From assembly GCA_026770705.1 (NCBI GenBank), contig JANJGN010000052.1, positions 1,922,001 through 1,986,000 on the forward strand: 64,000 nt of DNA, written 5' to 3'. A model generated the notes under the pieces. The model ran no database searches. It was not told the DNA's origin and worked only from the letters and a program-made list of their open reading frames with translations. Both the position numbers and the translations under genes were made by a program. Positions 1 to 10,639 of this stretch are shown piece after piece. Source of the stretch: Isurus oxyrinchus (taxonomy: Eukaryota). Every line of letters begins with the position of its first letter. The stretch's first letter is position 1.

Positions 1-672
1 CTCTCTCTATCACACTCTTCTGCTCTATCTCTCTCTCTCACACACACACACATTCTCTCTCTAACACTCACAATCTGTCTCTATCGCACTCTTCTGCTCT
101 ATCTCTCTCTCTCTCTCACACACACACATTCTCTCTCTAACACTCACAATCTCTCTCTATCGCACTCTTCTGCTCTCTCTCTCTCTCACACACACATTCT
201 CTCTGGCTCCCTCCCTCAAACACATGCTCTCTCTCTCTCTCAGACACAAACACTCTCTCACACACTTTCCGTAAAACAAACACACTCTCTCTCTGTCAAG
301 CACACACTCTCTCTCACACACACACACTCACTCTCTCAGACATACACATTCTCTCTCTCTCTCAGACACACACATTCTCTCTCTCTCAAACATTTACCAT
401 TTCTCTTTATCTCGCTCTTCTGCTGTGTCCCTCTTTCCCTCGCACACACACACTCTCTCTCACAGACACACTCTCTCTCTCACACACACTCTCTCTCTCA
501 CACACACTCTCTCTCTCACACACACTCTCTCTCACTCACACACACTCTCTCACATGCACACTCTCTCCCTCATATACAAACACTCTCCCTCACACATGCA
601 CACTCTCTCTCTATCTCTTTTTCTCTCTCACACAGTCTCTCTGTCTCTCTTAGACACTCTCTCTCTCTCTCT
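1..672. repeat. (CT)n/(CA)n low-complexity microsatellite tract
   Basis: Alternating ctct and caca runs; the ORF here is a repeat artefact. Confidence 0.95.
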
Positions 673-734
673 GATACAGAAGGTTTTAAGACCTGCTCAT
701 GATTTCAGCTCAAAACCCAGGTAGATTCTCCCCA

Positions 735-850
735 GTGAGGGAGTGCTGAGGGAGTGCTGCACTGTCAGAGGATCAGTACTGAGGGCGTGCTGCACTGTCA
801 GAGGGTAAGTACTGAGGGAGTGCTGCACTGTCGGAGGGTTAGTACTGAAC
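735..850 (+). repeat. Short array of the 33-bp SINE-derived minisatellite
   Basis: About 3 units of GGGTCAGTACTGAGGGAGTGCTGCACTGTCAGA. Confidence 0.85.
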
Positions 851-1254
851 ACAATGTCCATTCAGAACAGCTCGGTCCCCGATCAGAGAAACAGCCTCAG
901 ACAGAACCAACTGACGCTGGAATCCATACAATTCATCAACGTGTTGGGAGTTAGTTTGATGTCGGAGATGGAGTGTTACTGGGAAGGAGGGAACCCGTCA
1001 GGATGAACAGCTCAATGTACGACAAGGAAAGGATGAGCTAAGAGGGGTTGGTCACGGACAGACGGAGCGTGTGAAGACTCAACAAGCTAATGGCAGGTGA
1101 AGAGCTGGAAAGGTGTCTTTTCAACACAAGGTTTAGACACAGAACTCGATGTTTGATCGGGTATTTCAAACCAGAGAAACTCTTTACAGGGTGAATGGAC
1201 CTTGTCAATAATCCATCCAGCCAACCTCGCCTGGAGATTAGTCCAATATTAGAC

Positions 1255-1522
1255 ACTAAACCGAGTCCTCCGTCTGCCCTCTCGGGCGGGTGTGAAAGAT
1301 CCCACAGCCACTATTTGGAGGAAGAGCAGGGGGGAGATCTCCCCGGTGTCCTGGGACCAGTATTTATCCCTCAACCAACATCACCAAAAACAGATGATCA
1401 CATTGCTGTTTGTGGGAGCTTGCTGTGCGCTAATTGGCTGCTGCGTTTCCTACATTACAACAGTAACCACACTTCGAAAAAAGGGTGAACTCAATTGTAA
1501 AGTGTTCTGGGACATCCAGAGA
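1255..1522 (+). mobile_element. Deu-domain SINE fragment (SacSINE/AmnSINE-like)
   Basis: Recognised from memory: TAAACCGAG..CCGTCTGCCCTCTC..GAAGAGCAGGGG..ATTTATCCCTCAACCAACATCAC..CACATTGCTGTTTGTGGGAGCTTGCTGTGCGC. Confidence 0.7.
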
Positions 1523-2002
1523 CCATGTTGTACAGAGGAGATTTGACAGGAGCAGCAAGTGTTTTACTTACAGGAGAATGAGTTCCCAGGGTTGTAGAGT
1601 CAATCCTGTCAGATGAATGACTAACTGGAGACACTTCAGGGAGCTGATCTAATTCTGGAAATGTTCAGTTTACCAGGATCGGAGGAGAGATGATCTTCCT
1701 CTCCTGACTGCATCGGACACGAGGTGAACTGGCTCTGGGAGGAGGGTCAGTGTTAACCCAGTTTTTCTGTGTTTGAGGGAGATGTGAAACTGGGGAAGTC
1801 ACGTGGTTTTTTGGTGTGGTCACTCCATGTCTTTATTTGGTGCAGCACTCATTTAGTTCCTGTCATTGTTTCAATGCTACAAAACCACAGCGCATTCTGG
1901 ACTATTTCTGCCTGACCTGCTGTCAGATACACACAGTCTGACAGAGAGGCGGAAAAGTGGTCCCTAGCAACGTGTATAACTGTGAACTTGACTCAGTCAG
2001 AA

Positions 2003-2548
2003 TGCACACACACACACACACACATGCACACACAAACACACACACACACACACACACATACACACACACACACACACACACATACACACATTTTCTCTCG
2101 TTCATTCTCTTAAACACACACACTCCCTCTCAAATATGCACACCCTCTCTCGCACACTCCTTCTCGCAAACACATACACCCTCTCTCTCAAACACACACA
2201 CACACACACACACACACGCTCTCACGCACACGCTCTCTCACATACACATTCTCTCTTTCACACACACACTATCTAACACCCACAGATTCTCTCTCTTTCT
2301 TTCTCTCTCACACATAAGCTCTCTCTCTAACACAGACATTCCCTTTCTCTCACACACACTCTCTCTCTCACACAATTCAGCTACCTCACTCTCTCATGCA
2401 CACACACTCTACCTCTCTTTTGCTCTCTCACACATTTTCTCTTTCTCTCTATCCTTCTCTCTCGCACACATACGCACTGTCACTCTGTCACACACACATT
2501 GTCTCTCTTTCTCACACACGCACTCACTCTCTCTCTCTCTCTCTCTCC
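2003..2548. repeat. (CA)n/(CT)n microsatellite tract
   Basis: Direct inspection. Confidence 0.95.
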
Positions 2549-2759
2549 AAGACAGCAGGTTGGGTTTTCAAACCGTCTCAAGGTTTCAGCTCAAAACCCA
2601 GATGGACTCACTCATTGCCTCTTGTCTCAGACACTAGAAAGTGGAAGTTAAGGCCGGATTTTCACTCCCAGGTCGGGGGTCACAGAGACGGCAGAATTCC
2701 CAGCTCCACCAACTCCACCTCTAAACATGTCAGTCCCAGATTCCGATGTGTGTCCCGGG

Positions 2760-3592
2760 TTTGGGGTGGGGGTGGGGGTGGGTGGGTGGGGCATGGTGGT
2801 GGGGGTGGGGGAGGGGGAGGGGGTGGGGGTGGTGGGGGTGTGGGTGGGTGGGGTTGGGAGTGTTGATGTGGGTGTCAGTGGGAGTGTGGGTGGGGCTCGG
2901 GGTGGGGGGGGTGGGGGAGGGGGTGGGTGGGGGGGGGTGGGTGGGGGTGGGGGTGGTGGTGGTGGGTGTGGGTGTGGGGGGGTGTGGTGTGGGGGTGTGG
3001 GTGGTGGGGGGGGTGGTGGGGGTGGGGGTGGGGGAAGGGGTGGTGGTGTGGGGGGTGGAGGTGGGGGTGGGTGTGGTGGTGTGGGTGGTGGGGGTGGGGG
3101 TGGGTGTGGGTGGTGTGGGTGGTGGGGGTGGGGGGTGGGGGGTGTGGGTGGTGTGGGTGGTGGGGGTGGGGGTGGTGGTGTGGGTGGAGGTGGGTGTGGG
3201 TGGTGGGGGTGGGTGATGTGGGTGGAGGTGGGTGTGGGGGTGGGGTTGGGTGTGGGGGAGGGGGTGGGGGTGGGTGGTGGGGGTGGGGTGGGTGGTGTGG
3301 GGGTGGTGGTGGTGTGGGTGGGTGTGGGGGTGGGGGTGGGGGGTGGGAGAGGGTGGGGGAGGGGGTGGTGGTGTGGGTGGGGGTGGGAGTGGGGGTATGG
3401 GGGTGGGGGGTGGGTGTGGGTGGTGGGGGTGGGGGTGGGGGTGGGGGTAGGTGTGGGGATGTGGGTAGGGGTGGGTAGGGGTGTGGGGCTTTGGGTGGTG
3501 GGGTTGGGTGTGGGGGGAGGGGTGGTGGGTGTGGGGGAGGGGGTGGGGGTGGGTGGTGGGGGTGGTTGTGGGGGTGGGGAGGGGGTGATGTG
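2760..3592 (+). repeat. G-rich (GGGGT/GGT)n low-complexity tract
   Basis: About 830 nt of almost only G and T. Confidence 0.95.
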
Positions 3593-4121
3593 GACTAGAA
3601 TAGCAGTCCGACTGGGTGACCCTGGAGCGGTGAGGGGTCAGGGGAGGGTCCGGTGGGGGTCGGGTCCCTCGGGCACCGATAAAAAGCGGGGCCTTCAGAA
3701 AGGCCCATTTGAGAGGTGGGTGGTCAATGGTGAAGACCCTGTGCCTCGGGGGAGACGTCGTCGTCTTGTCAGGCGAGTGTCCGACTGTAAACTCTGTCCG
3801 CCTGTTACCTGAGTCTGGAACGTTCGGCCCATCATGGGCTTTCCCATCAATGGTGAAGTCCCTGTGGGGGAGGGGCAGTCCCTTAAGTAATGGTGGGGAC
3901 AATGGACGAGCTTCTTTATGTGGGAGGGTCTCACCAGGGATTGGCTGAGAGCAATTGGGAGATGGGAGGAGCTTATGAGAATCTGTTTTTACACAAGGAG
4001 CGTCTGGCGATGACCCCGCCCCACACAGGGGCAGCCCTGGCTACATGGCCACGCTCCCCAGCTGCTCTGTCATTGGCCGCTTCCTCATCCTCATCCCTTC
4101 CAGAATCTTCCACACGGACAG

Positions 4122-4602
4122 AGGCTCCTCCTCCCCCTCCCCCTCCTCATCCCCCCTCCTCACCCCCCTCCTCATCCCCCTCTTCATGTCCCCCTCCTCA
4201 TCCCCCTCCTCCTCCCCCTCATCTCCCTCCTCATTCCCCTCCCCCTCCTCATCTCCCTCCTCATCCCCCTCCTCATTCCCCTCCTCATCCTCTTCCCCCT
4301 CCTCATCTCCCCCTCCTCCTCCCCCTCATCTCCCTCCTCATTCCCCTCCCCCTCCTCATCTCCCTCCTCATCCCCCTCCTCATTCCCCTCCTCATCCTCT
4401 TCCCCCTCCTCATCTCCCTCCTCATCCTCCACCCCTTCCCCCTCCCCTTCCCCTTCCTCATCCCCCTCCTCATCCCCACCCTCATCCCCCTCCTCATCTC
4501 CCTCCTCATCCCCGCCCCTTCCCCCTCCCCTTCTCCCTCCTCATCCCCCTCCTCACCCCCTCCTCATCTCCCTCCTCATCTTCCTCATTCTCATCCTCAT
4601 CT
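4122..4602 (+). repeat. Polypyrimidine (CCTCAT/CCT)n tract
   Basis: About 480 nt of C/T with sparse A. Confidence 0.95.
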
Positions 4603-5534
4603 GTTTCGGCTATTTGACTACATCACGTCCGATCTGTATCTTAACCCCATCCACCCGCCTCGGTTCCGTGACCCTTAACCCCCGACCCAACAAAAATCTC
4701 CCAATGTCAGTTTTGAAATTTACAATTGACCCCTCCCAGTCTCGACAGCTTTTTCTGGGGGAGAGAGTTCCAGATTTCCACCCCCGCTTTGTGTGAAGAT
4801 GTGCTTCCTGACATCACCCCCTGAATATCTGTTTTTTTTTTAATGATGTTGGTTTAGGGATAAATATTGGTCTCAGGACACTGGGGATAACTGCCCCACC
4901 CGACTCCATACCCACCCCCTACACTTCACCCAAAAAGTGTCCATGGGGTTTTTGACATCCATCCGAGGTGTCCACTCTGTGCCTGTTCCAGGATCTTGAG
5001 GCTCAAGACCCAACACTGGGTTCACTTTGAGCCTATCCAATCGGGCACAGGGACTGTTCCCACAAACTGCCAGGCCCTGACTTAAGGCTATTGTTCCCTC
5101 GCGGCATGAGAGGGATGATGGGTTGAAGGTCATCTTTCACCCGAATCCTGTCTTAACAACATTGTAAACGCAGTAGGAAAAATCCCACTGGCCCCTTGTA
5201 TCTTAACAACATCGTAAACATGACCTAAAGAATCCCCTGGTCACCCCTGAGTGTTTCTAATATTGTAAACACAGTGGATATATTTCCTCCATCTTCTGAG
5301 AGGTAAAACTATGACACTAGAGCACCGCCACTGGCAGGAGGGTGTAACTACAGTGTGACATGTTTACATGGGAATGTTACATTACAAACGAAGGTATATG
5401 ATTGTAAATAATGAAAAGGGCACGTGATAACAGGAAATGGTGCCTTGAGAATGGAATTATTCACCAGATAATGGTATTCACATTTGAAAAACAATGTACA
5501 CAAATGTCTGAGCATTTTAATTGCTTGTTTCTTA

Positions 5535-7628
5535 TATTCATTTATGGGATGTGGGTGGCGCTGTCTAGGCCAGAATTATTGCCCATCCCTAATTGCTCTT
5601 GAGAATGTGGTAGTGAGCTGCCGTCTTGAACTGTTGCAGTCCATATGGGGTAGGTACACCCACAGTGCTGTTAGGGAGGGAATTGCAGGATTTGGACCCA
5701 GTGACAGTGCAGGAATGGCCGTATATTTCCAAGTCAGGATGGGGGTGAGTGACTTTGAGGGTAACTTCCAGGTGGTGCTGTTACCATGTATCTGCTGCCC
5801 TGTAATTCGAGATGGTAGTGGTTGTGTGTTTGAAGGTGCTGCCTAAGGAGTCTTGGTGAGTTCCTGCAGTGCACCTTGTAGATGGTACACACTGCTGCTA
5901 CTGTGTGTCGGTTGTGCAGAGAGTGGATCTAGCGGGGCTGCTTTGTCCTGAGTGGTGTTGAGTTTACTGAATCTTGTTGGAGCTGCACTCATCCAGGCAA
6001 GTGGAGAGTCTTCCATCACACTCCTGACCTGTGCCTTGAAGGTGGTGGACAGGCTTTGGGGAGTCTGGAGTGAGTTACTCACTGCATGATTCCCAGCCTC
6101 TGACCTGCTCTTGTAGCCACAGTGTTTATATGGCTAGTCCAGTTCAGTTTCAGGTCAATGGTAATCCCCAGGATGTTGATAGTGGGGGATTCAGCAATGG
6201 TAATGCCATTGAACATCAAAGGGCGATGGTTAGATTCTCTCTTATCGGAGATGGTCATTGCCTGACACTTGTCAGCGCAAGCCTGAATATGGTTCAGGTC
6301 TTGCTGCATTTGGACAAGGACTGCTTCAGTATCTGAGGAGTCGTGAATGGTGCTGAACATTGTGCAATCATCAGTGAACATCCACACTTCTGTCCTTATG
6401 ATGGAAGGAAGGTCATTGATGAAGCAGCTGAAGATGGTTGGGCCGAGGACACTACGCTGAGTAACTCCTGCAGTGATGTCCTGGAACTGAGATGATTGAC
6501 CTCCAACAACCACAACTATCTTCCTTTGTGCTGGGTATGGCTCCAACCAGTGGAGAGTTTTCCCTCTGTTATGATGTGGTAGATGATGTGTGCCAGGGGG
6601 ACCAAATCCACAAGGGAAACTTGGTCACACTCTCACAACGGTTTTGCAATTTGTATTTATTATGAGATGTGTGCACTGAATTCAGGAGTAATGTGTCAAC
6701 CAAGACATTTAGAGATCTTAAAAATTAAATTTCAATATTTATTAACAAAATACAAGATTTCAAGCACACACATAAGGATACGGTTACTACTATAACAAAT
6801 CCTAAACTTCCTAATTAACCTTAAAGATGGTGGACAGGCATTGGGGAGCCCAGAGATGAGTAGTACAACCCCATTTAAGGCAACAGTCCAAAATAGATTT
6901 TAGATTTAAAAACAGAACCAGCAAGTTAACACAGTACACACTTGAGAGTGGAATTCCAAATGGCTTTCTCAATCTATAGTCACTGAACATAACAGACCTA
7001 TGGACAAATGCCTGGAGGCTTCTTCAAGGCTGATTCACACACTCTTGTTAGATTTTACATGGTCCCCAAAATAGCCTTTCATTCTCCTTTGTTTATGTTC
7101 CTCTCTCTTAGATATGTAAATTTCATTGTTCCATATGTCTTTGGAATTATACATTTCCTATAATATAAAATCTTTCATGTTGCCAATGTTGTCAATAACC
7201 TTTGGGGAAAAATAAACACACTCCTTTGCCTTGCATATCGGCCTCATTGTAAACAGACCAACAGCCCTTTGAAATCCAAACAATCCCGTCACTTATCTAA
7301 AAATGCAAATTCCCCTCACACCTTACATGCTAAGTCAGCCTCCGTGTTCACTCACTAGCATTTCAAGTACATTTCTACATCTAGCTTCTTTTGATAATCT
7401 CAAACTTGCAGTCTACCTGACTCCAGGTGTAATTAAGCCACACAGACAGACCCATCTACACTCACACCCATAAACCTAGTTTACAACAAACCAGGAAAAT
7501 ATTAAGCAAATTATTATACTTTCATACCACCCCTGATTCCCATTGATTCCAGTTTTGCTCGGGCTCCTAGATGCCACACTCGGTCAAATGCAGCCTTGAT
7601 GTCAAAGGCAGTCACTCTCACCTCACCT
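5535..7628 (-). mobile_element. Degenerate LINE reverse transcriptase fragment, split by a solo LTR
   Basis: ORF 6079-6546 contains GVTQRSVLGPTIFSCFINDL..MFTDD (RT motifs); LINE sequence resumes at about 7530. Confidence 0.85.
6567..7529. mobile_element. Solo LTR inserted in the LINE
   Basis: TGTTATGA...TCATACCA termini interrupting otherwise contiguous LINE sequence. Confidence 0.65.
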
Positions 7629-7820
7629 TGTATTAACAGATGTAACATTATACATAATTTATAAGCTTCTCACAATCTTTTACAGCATGGAAAAAGGTGC
7701 AGCATTCAGAAAGCTCACTCAGAAACAATAAAAAAAAGTTGAGCAACATCATATTTGTGTTCATTACTATTTGGCCATGTTGGCTGCACACACCCCACAG
7801 CCCCGCTCCCTGTTTCACAC

Positions 7821-8069
7821 TCAGTTTTTCTTGAACCTGATCTGTGCGTATTCCGTGTCCTCGCTCCTGTGCACAGTCCTGTCACCGCTGGGCAGCTTTG
7901 AAAAGTTGATGTTGGCGTAGAGAAGCTCGTCGGGTTTGTCTGAGTTCCCATGTCCAACATCGCCTCCCACTGGACCTTCAGAGAGACCCCAGGAAGCTGG
8001 GGTCTCCCCCTCGCTAGTTGTGTCTCTGGTTGTGTTCCGGGGCTCAGTAATCAGCACGTTCTGTTCATC
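7821..8069 (-). CDS. Gene A distal terminal exon with ITIM (LLYANI) and ITSM-like motif (TEYAQI)
   Basis: Acceptor tttctctgtag, phase 0; DEQNVLITEPR...DELLYANINF...DTEYAQIRFKKN*. Confidence 0.8.
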   Translation of the reverse strand, partial: DEQNVLITEPRNTTRDTTSEGETPASWGLSEGPVGGDVGHGNSDKPDELLYANINFSKLPSGDRTVHRSEDTEYAQIRFKKN

Positions 8070-10600
8070 CTACAGAGAAATGGAAACAGAAGACATCCTC
8101 ACATCAATTACTGGTACTGATAGGGTTAAATTATTGTGCAGACTTGTTTAATTCTCTCTCTCCTATCGGATAAAAGGCACCACCTATGGCAGTGCAGCAC
8201 CCCCTCAGTACTGACCCTCTGTCAGTGCAGCACTCCCTCAGTACTGACCCTCCAACAGTGCAGCACTCCCTCAGTGCTGACCCTCCGACAATACAGTGCT
8301 CCCTCAGTACTGACCCTCTGTCAGTGCAGCACTCCCTCAGTACTGACCCTCCGACAGTGCAGCACTCCTTCAGTACTGACCCACTGTCAGTCCCGCACTC
8401 CCTCGGTAATGGCTCTGGTGAGTGACGGCTTGGATTCTGCACTCAGGTGCCTGGTGTGAGGCTCAATAACATGAACCTTGTAATCAGAGAGAGGATGAGA
8501 GAGAGAGATAGAGGAGGGATAGAGACAGAGTGTTATTAATCTAATAATGTTTGTATTATAAATGCAAACTGTCTTTTTAAACAGAGGTTTAGTCTGTGTG
8601 TGTGCCTGTGTGTATTTTAATTGGATTAAAGCCAGCCAGTCTGTGTGCTTTGATGTATAGTAGTTTTGAGATGTAAACAAAGAGGTAAAGTGGTAATTTG
8701 CATTTTTAAATAAAACTTTCAAAGTCTGAGAGTGAAATCTTAAACCAATCAACGTTTATATTACTAATAAAATTGATACGATGAAAGGGGATTTATTATT
8801 GGAAGAGATGGAGTTCAAAGGTCCTGATGATACATTGCGAATTTACCTTCAAACAGAAGCCATAAGACCATAAGACATAGGATGAGAAATTAGACCATTC
8901 GGTCCATCGAGTCTGCTCCACCATTCATACATGGCTGATATGTTTCACAAACCCAATTCTCCAACCTTCTCTCCTAACCTTTGATCCCCTGACCAATCAA
9001 GAGCCCATCAATCTCCATCTTCTTCACACTCAAGAGCTGGGTATAACTTGAGCAGTTTTGTGTGTGCAGAGCAGAGGCTTGTAACAGCAAAGCAGCTGTA
9101 ATCCTACACCTGTCTGCAAAGGAACCAAAGTGAAAGGAACCTCATTTGGAATTTGTGAGGTGAAAATGCTTTGCCTGGTGTCTGCTTAAAGTCTATGGGT
9201 TGTCTTAGAGGAGATTAGTTTGAGAATTTGTTATAAAGTTATGATAATACTAGTTTGTAGCCATGTGCATATGTTTAACTTGTGAAAATTAATAAATGTC
9301 TCATTTAGATTGATATAAAATCATCTTGAGAACTGGTGGTCTTATTCCTGAATTTAGAGCTGCATCTCAAACATTTCACTGGGAAATATAGGTTACGACA
9401 ACTGTTTAAAGTTTCCCTCTGGGATTTTAAACAACAGCCTTTACCAGTTGCTGTGTATTAACAGAGAGACAGCATGATACTGAACCATTGCTGACTCCAC
9501 AGGTACAAATCAGTGGGTAACTGGGCTGGGAATCTGGGACATGTGTTGTCTACACACTGAGATAGAAGCTTTGGAGTGAGTGTAAACAGCTCCTGTACCT
9601 GGTGTTTCACAGAGAGTGGACTGGGGGTCAATGCAATGTCACTGGTCCCTGAAACTCTCTCCTCCGTCACTGTCTTTCTCCTGCAATAATAAAATATCAC
9701 ACTGTGGTTATCATATAGCAGAGAGTCAGGGCAGCACAGACACAGAGCCCACTGTAACCTTACACCAATGACTGGACTCTCTCTTTAAATCACCTCTGCA
9801 CAAAGCACAGAATCAAGACGCTCGACACCATCCAGGACAAAGCAGCCCGACTGATCCACACCCCATCCACCACATTAAACATTCACTCCCTCCACCATGA
9901 ACACACAGTGGCAGCAGTGTGTGTACCATCTACAAGATGCACTGCAGCAACTCAGCAAGGCTCCTTCAACAGCACCTTCCAAATACGCGACCTCTACCAT
10001 CTAGAAGGACAAGGACAGCAGACACATGGGAACACCACCACCTGGAAGTTCCCCTCCAAGTCACTCACCATCCTGACTTGGAAATATATCACCGTTCCTT
10101 CACTGTCGCTGGGTCAAAATCCTGGAATTCCCTCTCTAACAGCACTGTGGGTGTACCTACACCACATGCACTGCAGCGGGTCAAGAAGGCAGCTCACCAC
10201 CACCTTCTCAAGGGCAGTTAGAGATTGGCATCAATGCGGACATCACCAGTGACAGCCACATTCGATGAAAGAATTAAAAATCTCACAGCTCAATGTATTT
10301 ATTGTGAGCCTGCTGCACACACGCCCTGTCAAAGGAACCTCTGTGGTTCCATTGTTAATCGAAGCAGATCAGAGTTACTGCAACAACTTGCATTTATGCA
10401 GCACCTTCAATGTAGCAAAATGTCCCAAGGCTCATCCGGGGCTTGTTAGTGACATCTTCACCTGACTCTGAGGCACATGAGGAGATATTAGGGACAGGAG
10501 ACCAACAGCTGAGTCAACAAAGTCAGTCATTAACGGTCATCTTAAAGGAGGAGCTGGAGATAGAGAATGAGAGACTGACACAGAAAGAAAGAGAGAGACA

Positions 10601-10639
<39 letters not shown>

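Noticed and set aside
425-4678. His/Thr/Leu-, Gly/Val- and Pro-rich ORFs
   Set aside because: Translations of microsatellite and low-complexity tracts.
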